DNA of 64,000 nt from Lytechinus pictus (GCF_037042905.1 NC_087251.1:48796001-48860000); one strand, 5' to 3'. Positions 14,601 through 28,521 are shown, numbered from the stretch's first letter. Made by a program: numbers and translations. The notes: generated by a model not told the origin, from the sequence alone.

Positions 14601-16065
14601 TTTTTTTATATTTAATTGGGTGTGGGTTGAAGGTGTTTGATAAAAATATAAATGCGTCAAAGATTCCCCCTTTTCTCAAAATATGATGAAGCTTTATAGA
14701 AAGGAGATCCCTTGCCTCTTTCATGTTGGAAACAAGCATAATGGGAGAGGAAATTGTTTCTTAAAGATATCCCTTTATCTGTTTAGAGAAATACTCTCTA
14801 TAGATTAAATTCGTGCCAATATTGACATTAATAGTAACACCTATCGAGGCATAGAATAAGGAAGGGCAAAATTAGCAATTTCCATTGCTCAAACCATCTG
14901 ACGATGACAATGATAAGGTAAAGTGATGAACCCCCTCCCCCGGGGTCCATAAACAAAGAAAGAACTTATAATTGTGGTAAATGTTCTACCATGAACATTT
15001 GATTTGGGTTAGCACTTTATTTATTTATTTTTTTTTTTTTTTTGAGGGGGCCGGGGTCTTCACTTTTTTATATTCTTGCTTAGACATCATGAACGACACT
15101 CTGAAGAACACTGGATATTTGCAAATACCCTTGAGGAACAGCTAAAAAGTCTTTAGTTTGCCTTATTCTTCATTTCTTTGCTTCTATCTACGGGGCTGAG
15201 CATCCAGACAAAGGATAGTAAAAGAGTTGCATTTCCATCCAAATCAGATAACCAAAAAGTTTTGCAGCTATGTTGCCATCGTGACAAGTTCCATAGTTAC
15301 AAGATACAAAACAAACTTCGTTTTTACTCCCGCTTATGATATAGCTTTATAGTTACGTCAGTAGAGTCGTGAGGAAAATGAGAGCAAAAATATCAAATTG
15401 CATATGGGTTTACATGTTAATCATTGTATTTATAAACGAGAATGTATAATTAGAAGTAGAATAATTGACTTTTTATGCTTATGTCCTTAATAATTAACAT
15501 GACTGATTAAAAAAAGTTTGTAATGAAGTAAAATGGAGGACCATGAGACGAGTGAAGTGACTAAGAATCGAAAAATCGAGGGAAAAGTAGTTCACTCTTA
15601 ATGCCACCCCCTGCGATTTGACATAATTACTTCCCATGGTGACTCTTCTTAAAGAGCAGACGATATTAACATAGGAAATGCTCCTCATTTAGGCGGAAAA
15701 GAAGTTCCCTTGCTATACCTGTCTTGTTAATAGTGACGTCCCGACCGCTGTCTATGATATTTCGAGGCAAATTTAGGGTCTAATGTTCGCGCGCGAACAG
15801 ATTCTTGCATTTCGCTATTCGGCTGATGTTGCCGCTATGCTATACCCCTTTCGACACACTTTTAGTGTCATCGCACCTGATGATTTTTTTTATCTCCTTA
15901 AGTAAACCGAATCTTTGTCGATGCCATTAGATTATACCGCTTCTGAAACATTTTTTTAAATAATTTCCAACTGGAAATTTGTCTTCACACGCCCACAAGT
16001 AAACATTTGCATATTTCACACTCCCTTCCTTCTACTGTCTCATTTTGCAATCTGTTTGTCATCTG

Positions 16066-16339
16066 GGCCCCGTCTTACAAAGAGTTACGATTGATCCGAT
16101 CAACCTCAACTATTATGGAAATTTATCAATGTCACAATTTTTTCTACAGGAAATTTGCACTATGTCTTTTGTAAACAAAGAAAAAAGCACACCGATTTTT
16201 CAAGAAAACAATGGTACAGGAATGTACATCACATTGATAAAATATTTTGAAACAAACATACACTTTAGATATTGATGTTTCTGGCTTTCCATAGTTGTGG
16301 TCGATTGGATCAATCGCAACTTTTTGTAAGACCGCGACC
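16066..16339. mobile_element. Palindromic PIF/Harbinger-like MITE (CWG flanks)
   Basis: Arms GGCCCCGTCTTACAAAGAGTTACGATTGATCC / GGATCAATCGCAACTTTTTGTAAGAC; flanked by CTG and CAG. Confidence 0.75.
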
Positions 16340-16340
16340 C

Positions 16341-16643
16341 AGGAGTTTTCGCACTGCGGCACAGAATCAATCCTAGTACGCAGCAAATGCATTGCAAATA
16401 CAATTCAAATCACAATGAAAACATGGGAGGTCTTTGTCAAAAGTTGGTAAATAGGAACAGCATTTTCGTCCGACGTTTCGGAGCTGACGAAAATTGTAAA
16501 TATGTCATTTGTCCAGAGTCACGGACGAAGACTGATGTTCAGACTCATCGACCCTCGACAAAGGCTTCATTGTCATGAAGGGATTTTGACAATAGATTCT
16601 TTACGTTCTAGAAAGCGTCCGCGTAGCTGTTGCAAAAACTCTC
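16341..16643. mobile_element. Old ~300-bp Harbinger-like MITE family (AGGGAGTTTTCGCAA-type termini)
   Basis: Aligns by eye with copies at 28522-28827, the split copy at 21283-24390, and fragments near 6160-6270 and 42960-43120. Shared core GAGCTGACGAAAATTG...TTTGTCCAGAG..GGACGAA. Confidence 0.7.
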
Positions 16644-17959
16644 TATTATGAGGAGACTATATTTAACAACTCTCGCTCTATTCTGCGTCCATCCATTTCC
16701 ATGATTAATTATTCATGCGTTAATGACATTCATGAGTTTTGTGTGAAAAGGGGCATATTTTGATCCGTGATATCTCTATTATTCCTTGAATTCGGAAAGG
16801 GTCTTTTTAAAGAAATTTATGGGTTTGTATATTTTAAGTTATACTTTCGAATTAGAACGTTTCATGCTATATATAACTAATGTAATATTCCATTCTCATG
16901 ACGTTCCAAACTGTTTGACCCTTGTAATGTTTGTCGCATTTTATTATTCAAGATAAGTAATAACAGTGAGATAATAGCAATTAATGGAGGGAGATGGCGC
17001 CATGTGACCCCTTTCTGATCCCATACTAAACATGTAAAACGAGACGACTCCCGAATGGTTTTTAGGATAATGATCTTTTAAATAAATCATTGTGTGAATG
17101 GAAGGGGGGCTTTCCGCTTTGGATAGATTTCCCAAATTTGTATGAAAATTGTGTATGTTCCTGATCGTTGGCATTCTCTTATGACGACTGCATAAAACAA
17201 TCCAATCTGAATTTGACTTTATGACTCAGAGCAAATATCATAATACTTGGCAACGAATTGAACTGCGGCTTAACAAAAAAATAGCGATTTGGGGAAATAT
17301 TTTTCCATCAGAGTTCAATTAAAATAATATATAATAAAACTCATAGATCCGCTTTCCTCTAAGACAATTTGTGGATTTTGATAGCAGTGATGGGGTCCTG
17401 GAAGTAATCGAATTGTTTTGCACTTGAATTTTGGCAACTAGGAATGACATTTAAATCCTGTTTTTAAAGGCTAGATCACATTCATTCTAGAATGGGTTAT
17501 ACACTTTGATGCAATGATAAATTACTATTGTGGTTGAGGAATCAATGGTTATTGCATTGTCAATTTAGAAGTAGTGACAAATTAAACAGCAGCACATATA
17601 TTACATTGTCAACGGCAACGATGGTATTGGAAATTATAATAATGATGGTTATACTATTTACCATAATTTATCATTACCATATAATGTTAATTTACATGAA
17701 CAATAATTTATGATAATGATGATAATGGTGAAAGTAATGCATCACATGGGAAGCGGGGATGCTGCGCATAGAATTCACCATACTAGGTAGCATCCCCTTG
17801 AAATCTGGAAGGTATGCTAAATTTTCAGAAATTTGACCATAGCACCTCCATTTTGTGCCCCCCCCCTTTTTTTTTTTTTTGCTTGTCAAATTTAAACAGC
17901 ACCCCTTGAAAAAAAAATCTTCCCAGGACCCTGTAGCAATCGCAACACCACCACCACCA

Positions 17960-18210
17960 ACAATAATAATAATGATAATAATGATAATAATGATAATAAT
18001 AATAATAATGATAATAATAATAATAATAATAATGATAATAGAAATAATAATAAAACTAATAATTACAAAGATAATGATGATGGTCAGGATGATGATGATG
18101 ATGATGATGATGATAATGATAATGATAATGATGATAATAATAATGATGATGATAATGATGGCAATGATAATAGTCATAATGATTATAATGACAATGATAA
18201 CGATAATAGA
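17960..18210. repeat. (TAA/TGA)n microsatellite
   Basis: Directly visible; explains the poly-I/M ORFs. Confidence 0.97.
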
Positions 18211-19022
18211 AGTTATCGCCATGATTCGACCGCCTGTTGGGTCCATGATTATATAAACAAATCAATGAATGTTTTTACTTGTATGCATACATGCTGCTTT
18301 TTTTTCCCCTATGAATTTGCAGGATTTAATAATTTTTTTTTTTCTCAGCCTATTGGGGGTCAATCAAACAAACAAAGATGATTGAATCCCTTATGAACTA
18401 TAGTTGCTCTCTCGATACCGTGCAGTATTATTTTTTGTGTGTGTGCTTTTCTTTCGTAATTAGTTCAGCTTTGTGCCCATAAAACCTGTTTGATGAAGTC
18501 AGGTGGAATTAAACGAAAAACGTTGCTCATTTTCATTTCGTTTAGTACTATTATTCTATCGATGATTATTAATGGTTCCTAACCGGATTATCGTATAGAC
18601 ATCTAAATGGATAAAGGATGACTGGTGATGTAATATTTAATCTTAGGAAGGTCGTTCGACACTAAATCTAAAAGCATTCCATTTTTGGTTTTCTTCCAAA
18701 TTAATATTTTATCATACTTGTTCTTATTGTTCAAGTAACCAATTACAAATTGAGTAATAAAATACCCCAAAAAAAAACTCGAAAAACGTCTTTAGAAGAA
18801 TATCAATAATATTGCCAAGGTCTGCATTCTTAAAGATATAGTTCATTATATAAATGGATTGTATTACAAAGGTTTTAATTCTCGAATTTATATTTTAAAT
18901 TATGATGATAAACCAGCAGCAAACGTAGGCCTACAATAATTTGTTACAAGTTATTTATCACACTGCCTATCCCAAAAGGTTTTTTTTTTCAAACATACCG
19001 GTTCAATTATTTTTCTCTGAAT

Positions 19023-19694
19023 GAGCCGTAGTGCAATGGTTCTGGCTCTCGAGACTCTGATTCTTTAATTCAAGGGTCGTGAGCTTGAATCCCACGTTTG
19101 TAGCGTCATTTAACAGGGAATTAATCCACACCGCTCTCTACTCTACTGCCAATTCGTCTATTGCCAACTCGTCCACTCATCACATGTTTTCCCTTCATTT
19201 ATTCTAATGTAATTTCGTCCATCAACATTTCATTTGGTCCAATAATCACTTCGTCTAATCACCAGTTCGTCTATGACCATTTCGTCTAATAACCAGTCGG
19301 TCTGATACCCATTTCCTTTTCATTCATTTCACCCAATTAACACTTGTTCAATTAGACAAAATGGTTTATGGACTAAATGGCTATTGGATCAACTGGTTAT
19401 TAAACGAAATGGTGAGAGGACGAAATTGCCATTAGACCATGTAGATAGTGGATGAATTGATGATAGACCAAATTAGACGAGTTGGCAATTAGACGAATAA
19501 GCATAAGACCAATTGGAAATAAACCCTCTCTACCCAGGTGCTAAATGGGTACCCGGTACTAGGATGTGAAAGTCAATATAGCTTGTCTAGTGTGCGGCTC
19601 AATGGCAACACACTGCAATAATCCTCGGGGAGTGGAGGGTGTGCATACATTGTGTGCAGGAAACGACTAATTGAATCCAATGACCGTGGTAATA
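19023..19694 (+). mobile_element. tRNA-derived SINE, split by a DNA transposon insertion
   Basis: Degenerate tRNA-like head and TTAATCCACAC, resuming after the insertion with CCCAGGTGCTAAATGGGTACCCGG ... AATCCAATGACCG. Homologous to the intact copy at 41223-41560. Confidence 0.85.
19142..19525. mobile_element. Foldback-like non-autonomous DNA transposon with ~15-bp subrepeats, nested in the SINE
   Basis: 8-bp direct repeat CTCTCTAC at 19134-19141 and 19526-19533. CCAATTCGTCTA-type units on the left are inverted as TAGACGAATTGG-type units on the right. Left terminus appears partly deleted. Confidence 0.8.
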
Positions 19695-21360
19695 GTGAAT
19701 CTAGAAGAGCTTAGATATGTACAATGTAGGTTAAGTCTTAAGTGCATTAAAAATAACCAGATTGTTGTCATGAAACATTCTGTTTCTATTAAACGCGCGA
19801 CCGCAGCGAACCAATAATATGCCATTGCTTTCCAATTATGCATTTTGGTCAATTTTATTTACAGAATTGGTTTGAATTTCAGTTTTCATACATTTACCAT
19901 CCTATTATTGAAATTAATTTTAGATATATCATTAAATCGAATGGAAGTGTGTAATAGGGCGAATGAATTTTCCCAAGCTTGAAGCTTAGAATCACTTAAC
20001 GTATTTATTTTAAGTGAAGGAGACGATTGTGGGAACTTGAATATGTTTTATCAGTTCTCTTACCAAATTCGCATAACAAACTAACACGGTTGCGGGAAAT
20101 GTTTTCATGACAGATAAACAAAGTTAATGCGGGTTCTTCAGATTCTTATTATTGAGAAAAATGAAATTTTAGACAAAAACAAAATTGAGGGAGAGAAACG
20201 TATTTAAAGAGATGTGAAAGCCTATAGCACTGCCAACCTTTTTCTAAATTTCATTTAACAATTATGCTTATCATAATCAATATACCACTCAACATGCAGA
20301 GACACATTTAAACACGAGCAAAGAGCCCTAAACAGAAATGTTATCGCATATTTGTAATAAATGGTTAAGCACGTTCAATTGCTTTTATTCTATAATTGTC
20401 CATTGATTCGTAATAAAATTGTTTACGTACACCAATCATGACCGTGGACGTATTTCACGAGTCTCATCGGTGACTTTCACTAAATAATTTATTCTCTTCC
20501 AATTTCGCACAAGTTTATAACAATAGTCAGTGCAAATTAATTGATTTGTTTTGTGAGATGGTTCCCGTGAGTCCACTCAATGAAGCGAGCTTCCACTAAA
20601 AGAAACCTTATTTGAAATGAAAGGAGGGGAATAAGCCAGAGGAAAACTGGAATATCCCAGTTTGGATATTTGACAAATCATCAGTTTGATATTTCTAATT
20701 ATCGACGATCGAAGCGAAAATTAATTTAAGAAAAAAAAACGAGTCTATTATTACTTACAGGTATGTGAACGTCAAATAGAAAAAGGAGAGAAGAAGCTCG
20801 ATGTTGGAGAGGAAATCGAAATGAGATGTTTATTTCAAATACCAATTCGATGACATATTTTCAAGGTGGAGGAGGAAGTGTTTTAGAAATGTGCGGTGTA
20901 GAATCAGTAACATGGTTAACAGAGCATTGAAAAGAGAATACATTACCATATTTATAACAAATATTAATATAAGCTTGTTTTGACGCCATAATGGTAAACA
21001 TGTACACAATTTCCATACACATTAATGTTTTTTCAATGTAAAAGACGCAAATGACCCATGTAATATAATGCACATACAATAATACATTCTGATAAAGATT
21101 TTGGTAATGGTAAATGCTATGTACAATGAGCGATATCTAGATGTGGTATAATTACAACTTGGCAAAAAAGGCGTCAATTAAAGCCACAGTCACAATCAAC
21201 AAATACATTTTGGGGACATGGGTACCAAACAATACGTTTTGTGAAACTAATAACCAATGCAAACCGTTCTTAGAAAGACATAAGGGAATTTTCGCAATAA
21301 CTACACAGACACTTTCTATAACACAGAAAATCTTTTGTTAAAAGCCCTTCAATGACAAAA

Positions 21361-23842
21361 AAATTCCCCTCTGGTATCACCTGTCAAAAAAAAGGAAAGC
21401 TAAAATGCCATGGTTTACGAATACGATTCTACGATCCATAAATGCCCGAAATAAGCTATACAAAGCATTCCTAAAGAACCCTTCTATTGAAAACAAAAAT
21501 AAATATAAAACTTATAGAAATAGACTAACGAATATAATTCGAGCTGCTCGCAAATCTTTTTATTCCGAGAAACTCATTAGAGTTAAGTCAAATATGAAAT
21601 CCACATGGGAGATTATAAATTATTTAATAGGAAAAAAATCAAAAACATTACCTATAAAGATAATTTCACGGTTCATGATGTTGCAATAAATTCGGAAGAT
21701 GTAGCTGATACTTTTAGTTCATTTTTTGTTAACATAGGACCCTCATTGGCAAACCAACTTTACAGACTTGATCAAAATTATACAAAGTTTTTTCCCACAC
21801 CCACAGATTATTCGTTATTCTTTAAACCCACAAATTTTCAGGAAATAATTGAAATAACTAAACATCTCAAATCCAGCAAATATCAAGGGCATGATAGAAT
21901 AAGCACTTTCCTTCTTAAACACATCATACATTATATTGCATCTCCTTTGAGTCACATTTTTAATCTATCGATCAGCACCGGCCAATGTCCTGATTCCCTA
22001 AAAATTGCAAAGGTAAATCCTGTTTTTAAAAAAGACAATCCACATGAAATAACTAATCACAGGCCAATATTTATTCTTCCCAGCATATCCAAAATATTAG
22101 AAAAAATTATTTACAGCAGACTTTACACGTTCCTAGATGCATTTCATTTTCTAAATTCAAACCAATATGGATTCAGGAAAGGACATTCAACATACCAGGC
22201 TTTAGTACATATATACGATAAAATTACAAATGCAATGGCTAAGAAAGAACATATAATAGGAGTATTTATGGACCTAAGCAAAGCCTTTGATACTCTCGAC
22301 CACCAAATTTTACTTAAAAAGTTAGAGGAATTGCATTATTATGGTTTGAGAGTTATTTATCAGTTAGAAAACAATATGTAATTCACAATAATATTTCTTC
22401 TAACCTTCAATCAATAATGTGTGGAGTTCCACAAGGGTCAATATTTGGCCCCTTGCTTTTCTTAATATATATTAATGATTTGACTTATGTAACACCTTTG
22501 TTATCATTTGTATTATTTGCAGATGACACAAACATTTTTTGCTCACATAATAGTTTAGAAACTTTAGTAGATACAATAATTCGTGAATTGCCAAAACTAT
22601 CTATATGGTTTAAGTGTAATAAGCTCTCACTTTAGATAAAACAAACTTTATGTATTTCAAACATACAAATGCACATATTGCTGAATTTCCTTACAATATA
22701 ATCATAGACAATACTCCTCTGAAAAGAAAAAAGGATACACAATTTTTAGGTGTTACAATAGATGAAAATTTAACTTGGAACGAACCCATGCGTTGCATAT
22801 CCACTAGTATCTCGAGAAACGTCGGTGTACTTTACAAAATGAAAAACATTATTCCACAAACTACCCTCGTTACACTATATAATTCATCAATTTTTACCTT
22901 ATATATCGTACTGCAATATAGTTTGGGCAACCTGTGCAAAAACTGAAATTAATACAATATATTTATTACAGAATAAAGTTATTCGAATTTGTATACGGAT
23001 TCACAGTATTTAGCACACACAGACCCATTATTCCATAAACTAAAGACTCTAACAGTATTTGTCATAGATTCACTTCAAAGTTTACTGCTGATGTTCAAGT
23101 ACATAAATAACATGCTTCCATCTTCATTTCACAATTTTTATACAATGTACACATTTATTCATTCATACCCTACACGGAACTCTTCAAATTTTCACTTAAC
23201 CCAAAATTGCTCATTGCACAGAGATGCATTAGACATCACGGTCCAGATTTATGGAACTCTACCAGTCTATCAAAAAATGTTCATCTCTTTACTCATTTAA
23301 GGCGAATGTTAAATCCATGTTATTATCAGAATATTTAAAGTAAGTTTTCTGTGTCAGTATTTCAGTTAATCATTAAATCACTTTTCCTGTGATTTAATCA
23401 TCACCAAACACTCTCCCATGACCATCATCATCATCATCATCATCAACTCCATCTTCATCATGGCCTTCATTTTCACCATTATCACCATCATCCTCATTCA
23501 TCTCCATCTTCATCTTTATAAAATTATGAACAAAATAACATTTCCATTATGCTTTATAAATGTATGTATTAATTTAATGAGTTTTATTCCGGGGTTGTCA
23601 TTTTTTTCAAGCAATCTGCTTATAATGACTATCCTTCTCCTGCAAACTGTAAATGTTACATTTTCTTTGTTGGTAGTAGATCATATTTGTTTAGAATGAC
23701 TCTTTTATTTTGTATTTTTTTCTTTATGATTAATACCAAAATCAATTACTGATATATTATGTTTGTTACGCGATGAAAATTGTATTGTATATCATTGTTA
23801 TGAATGCTGAAGAAAAAATAAATCAAATCAAATCAAATCAAA
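21361..23842 (+). mobile_element. 5'-truncated, frameshifted CR1-group LINE (ORF2 reverse transcriptase, 3' UTR, (AATCA)n tail)
   Basis: Consecutive ORF fragments carry PWFT, LSHIFNLSI..G..PDSLKIAKV.PVFKK, QYGFR, DLSKAFD, GVPQGS.FGPLLFLIYINDL, LFADD and AHTDPLF. Multiple frameshifts. Ends in AATAAATCAAATCAAATCAAATCAAA. Confidence 0.92.
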
Positions 23843-23889
23843 ACAGCCTTTGTCGAAAATCAGTGAATCAAAACAGCAGTGTCGTCCCG

Positions 23890-24208
23890 GGGAGCGTTTC
23901 ATCAACATTTATTAATTTATTTATTTATTTTATTGATATAATCATATTCCGCGAATCCTCAAAGTACATTTCATAATAAATGATTTTTACAATGAAAAGA
24001 TGCATCAACTGCATAACACATGTAGGGTTGAAACGTACCAATGAAATGAAGAAGTGGAGGGGCCTACTGAAAAGCAAAGCTTGTAAGATGTAACATTTTC
24101 ATCTGACAAGTTGTCATGTCTGACAACTTTTCTGATTGGCTGAGAGGCACTGTTCCTATGTTAACTGTCGGATAAAACGCCCGACAAGTCTTTTCATGAA
24201 ACGCTCCC
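23890..24208. mobile_element. Harbinger-like MITE (GGGAGCGTTTCAT TIR)
   Basis: TIRs GGGAGCGTTTCAT / ATGAAACGCTCCC with CCG/CTG flanks. A related degenerate copy is at about 60731-60856. Confidence 0.75.
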
Positions 24209-24502
24209 CTGGACGCTGGACAAATAACATATTTGCCATTTTTCGTCCGGTCCGAATCTTCGAACGATCTGCTGTCCCGATCCACCAACCTCCGACTAAA
24301 ACATTTTAGCTGAATGTGATTTAGCTTGCATTTTCAAAGGAATTGGTGCGTTGTAGAAAGCGTCTGCGTATAGAGATTGCGAAAACACGTCATTAAATGA
24401 GTTAAGTGAAAGAAGTTTTGATTTGACTTTTTAAAATCTGGTTTGCCACATGCATTGTTAAAACCTGGTGTTAATTTAACACCAATACTGTATCTATATC
24501 GG

Positions 24503-24928
24503 CATGGGTGTCGATCAGTATTCTTGGTTGGGGGGGATGATGACACAAAAGTTCTTGTGGATGGGGATCTTTCAACATTACCCCCACTAAAATCACAAGT
24601 TAGGACATTTGGGAGTGATTGATATGCATGGTGTTCTTGAAAATTCCTTCATTGTTGTAGTGTACTGTACTTATATAATTTTTTTTTAATTCAATTTGTG
24701 TTACAAGTAAGCCTATTCTAAACTTATACGAAAGAAAAAATAACAAAAATTATCTGGAACATGTACATAGTGATCTGTTGATTGAGCATGATGTATACAC
24801 AGGGGCATCGATCCATTTTTCAGATTGGGGGGGGGGGGCCAAATCATGAATCAACGTTCCAAAGACGCTCGATCATATAAAACGAACAAACTCACCCACA
24901 CACCCCTACACCCCCACACATAGGCCTA

Positions 24929-25010
<82 letters not shown>

Positions 25011-26191
25011 TCATGAGAAAGAGACACATATCTCAACCTCACCAACAATGCGAGCGCGAAGCGCGAGCTGAAATTTTTTTGTATGACATGAAAACAGGAA
25101 AAATGTACCTGTTTAGGTTTGCTTGTAGTAACTCATGAGGAGCATAGATACATGTATCTCACTAGAGAGCGAGCTAAAATTTCTTTATATTCTGACGTGA
25201 AAGCTTGATATTCTAAGCACTTTTGGTACCAATGATTAAGATGGGTATCTAGAAGAACAATAGATGCGAGCGCAAAGCGTCAGCTGAAAATTTTAATATT
25301 TCGATCTGGACAAAAAGACAATTTAATGGACGCTTTTAATAAAGAACAAGATATACCAGTATATCCAACAAATGATTATTGCAAATCGAAGCGGGAGTTC
25401 TTTTGAGGTATAGAACTGAAAACGGGACATTCTATTCACCTATTTAATCATGAAAAGTATGGGGTTTTGGTACAGAAATGATGCGAGCGCGAAGCGCGAG
25501 CTGAAAATTTTTATATTCCGATCTGAAAAGCAGACATTTTGAGCACGATTTTAGATCAAAATCGAGTTGGTATCTTTTAATCTCGCTTGCTGGTTTCAGT
25601 GTAGCATTACAATCTTATTTTAATTTTAGTTGCACATGCGGAATTATTGGGAGGGGGGCAACACGATATGTTCCCCCCAAATATTTTCATTGGTGGGGCT
25701 ATTACTCTAATAGCTATATGGTCATTCCTTAGACGATTTATCTTGCCACCCTTTTACTCCCGTTTGTTTTTCCACCCTTTTGAATTAATTGATTTATTAA
25801 AATTAATTCATTCACCACTGGTGGGATGGAACACCCTATCAACAAAAGTTGTTTTTCGTTGGGGTCCTTTTATGTCATGTGTTAAAAAATATCATATACA
25901 TAAACAATTCATTATTTTTCATCTTGAACTTCCACCCATCTGTTTAATAGTCCTGAAAAAGAATGTTTTCATTTAATAACAATATACACAAATTGCGAGG
26001 GAAACAAACTGATTGATGGCATACTATAATCATCACTATAATCATCATGATCAAACTTTTCATTTTTTCATCATTATTATTATAATTTTTCTACCCTAAA
26101 TTATTGGGGGGATGATAATACAGGCCATCCCCCCCACTTGAAATATTGGGGGGATATATCCCCCCCATCCCCCCCGTGATCGACACCCATG
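24503..26191. mobile_element. Non-autonomous hAT-type element containing a nested hAT element
   Basis: TIRs CATGGGTGTCGATCA / TGATCGACACCCATG. Perfect 8-bp TSD TATATCGG at 24495-24502 and 26192-26199. Confidence 0.9.
24800..25699 (-). mobile_element. Inverted copy of the 269-1142 hAT element, missing one terminus; contains (TA)n
   Basis: Reverse-complement match to 269-1142 throughout (e.g. GCAAATCGAAGCGGGAGTTCTTTTGA, CATGAAAAGTATGGGGTTTTG). Begins CAGGGGCATCGATCC. Confidence 0.9.
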
Positions 26192-27173
26192 TATATCGGA
26201 AAACACCAGAGATGTGTTGAAACCATTTCAGTTTAGAATCAAACTGATATTGTTTGGGCACTGAGGGCCGGGTGTTGTTTAAAAACCTATATTATATGGT
26301 GATGGCCCAAAGACAAACTGGTGTTCTTTAAACAATACTATATGGTGTTTTTCTGAATAAATGCCGGACTCGGGTTTATTCAACAACAAGGTTTTTGCAG
26401 TCTGTGAATTAACTTCATTCATCCTTTCCTTATGACACATATTCTCAAATATCCCAGTTATCTACATGAAAACGGAGGCGCCATCACTCGACCGAGGAGT
26501 AGGCCAAAATCACAACCTGGCCAAAGCTTATAATTCGGCTGTTCAGAAGATTCCCCGACGCTTTCCGAAATTCCCCGACCCCTTGTGAACAGTGTGAACA
26601 TGCAGCAAATCGCCGCCGAAGCTTATTCGGGTTGATGAAGCATCTTGGATAGGACTTGAACGCCACAATAAAAAGTACAAGTAAGTCCAGTTGACAAGTT
26701 TTTTTTACTTATATAACATTTCCTGCATGATATTTACTTGTATCTTTTAATTTGATTTCCTGGAATAGGCCTATAAAACAGCAGAATGATTTTTCAAAAT
26801 AAATCTTCATTTATAAGCTTGATTGTAAATTATGATGAATTCCCCCAATGAGAAAAATCTTCTTCAGAATTCACAAACAAATAATAATTTAAAGAAATGT
26901 ATACTACACACATACAAATTGAATGCACATTAGGTAATCATTTACTGAAGAAAGAAAAAAAAACTCATGCCTTGTTATCATATTCCAGAAAGATGTGCTA
27001 ATACTAAGATGTATTTATACATTTAAACAAATATTGACATGATAGATCACGAAAATATACTTAATCGTTAATGAGAATAATTGCTACAGTAACATCAACG
27101 AAAAAGACTCCAAAGCGACCGATGGTATGTTAACGGAAATAATGTAATAGCTTTGATTGAAATGAGCCCCTTA

Positions 27174-28358
27174 AGCCCCTTTCACAATTGACGTACGACC
27201 TGTTTACGAACACCTGCAACAGTTTTTTCTTGTTGTTGCACGATCGATCTCTTGGTGTCTTGCGTGCACTCGCAGTCGTTGTAGACGATCGCACAAACTC
27301 GAGGTGGTCGGAGGTGATCGTGACTGGTCGCATCTGAACTTTGAACATGTTCAAAATCCAAACGCGATCAAATACGATTGATTCACTCGCAACAGGTCGT
27401 ACCATCGGTCGGGCGATCATCGTGTGAGTGTTGTTCAACGTTGTACAACTTGGTGCGAGAGGTGGCACAACTAAGTATAGTCGCATTTAGTCGAGTGGAG
27501 GTCGTACAACACTTGCACAAGTGCTGGAGACCTACAGAGACCAGTCTTGCGACTGGGTGCGATAATATGAGACTGTTGCAAGACCGATCGAAATTACGGC
27601 TTACTACATTCCACTACCGTTGCATTCGCATGTATGCGACCGTTCAGCCCCTTTCACAATTGACGTCCGACCAGTTTACGACCGCCTGCAACAGTTTTTT
27701 CTTGTTGTTGCACGATCGATCTCTTGGTGTCTTGCGAGCACTCGCAGTCGTTGTAGACGGTCGCACGAACTCGAGGTGGTCGTGACTGGTCACATCTGAA
27801 CTTTGAACATGTTCAAAATCCGAACGCGATCAAATACGATCGATTCACTCGCATCAGGCCGTACCCCGGGTCGTACCATCGGTCGGGCGATCATCGTGCG
27901 AGTGTTGTTCAACGTTGTACGACTTGGTGCGAGAGGTGGCACAACTAAGTAGTCGCATTTACTTGACTGGAGGTCGTGCAACACTTGCACATGTGCAAGC
28001 GACCTACATGTACAGAGACCTGTCTTGCGACTGGTTGCGATAATAATATGGGCTATAAGACTGTTGCAAGACCGATCGCAACGGCTTACAACATTGCACT
28101 ACCGTTTCATTCGCATGTATGCGACCGTTCCACTCGCAATCCCTCGTGCAACACTCGCATGTGATCGCACGAGCACAATAATAGCATATGCGACTTACTC
28201 GTGCAACGAGGTTTACTGGTTGTTTTTGTTGTACGACAGCTGTTGCAACTGTGAAAGCCTCTGTGTGATTTATGAGATGACTAGCGATTGATGCCTGTTG
28301 CAGCCTGTCGCACGACCAAAAGGTCGCAAATAGTCGTACGTCAATTGTGAAAGGGGCT
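27174..28358. mobile_element. PIF/Harbinger (Tourist-like) MITE with an internal ~470-bp tandem duplication
   Basis: TIRs AGCCCCTTTCACAATTGACGTACGAC / GTCGTACGTCAATTGTGAAAGGGGCT. 3-bp TSD TTA at 27171-27173 and 28359-28361. A second left-TIR copy starts at 27646. Confidence 0.9.
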
Positions 28359-28488
28359 TTACATAAAGGACTTGCAACTGTTGTAACTTTGCCATTATGA
28401 TTCTGATTGGCTGCTGAGCCCTGTTACCATGGTAGATGCCATTATGGCAAAGTTACAACAGTTGCAAGTCCTTTATGAAATGGGCCCC
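28359..28488. mobile_element. Small palindromic Harbinger-like MITE; its left tip GAGCCCC is at 27164-27170
   Basis: Arms CATAAAGGACTTGCAACTGTTGTAACTTTGCCAT / ATGGCAAAGTTACAACAGTTGCAAGTCCTTTATG. An uninterrupted relative is at 48765-48911. Confidence 0.8.
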
Positions 28489-28521
28489 TGGAGTTGGTTT
28501 TGTTGGTGTTACTGTATCAAT

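Larger units (their letters stand above)
21283..24390. mobile_element. Host Harbinger-like MITE split into three pieces (21283-21360, 23843-23889, 24209-24390) by the LINE and a second MITE
   Basis: The joined pieces align to the reverse complement of 16341-16643 (...CCCTTCAATGACAA | CAGCCTTTGTCGA...). Confidence 0.7.

Noticed and set aside
17692..18265. Poly-Ile/Met/His ORFs resembling membrane proteins
   Set aside because: Translations of the (TAA/TGA)n microsatellite; the same applies to 4272-4457 and 23418-23699.
27130..28291. Several 60-135-aa ORFs
   Set aside because: They lie within the duplicated Harbinger MITE and show no transposase or other recognisable motifs.
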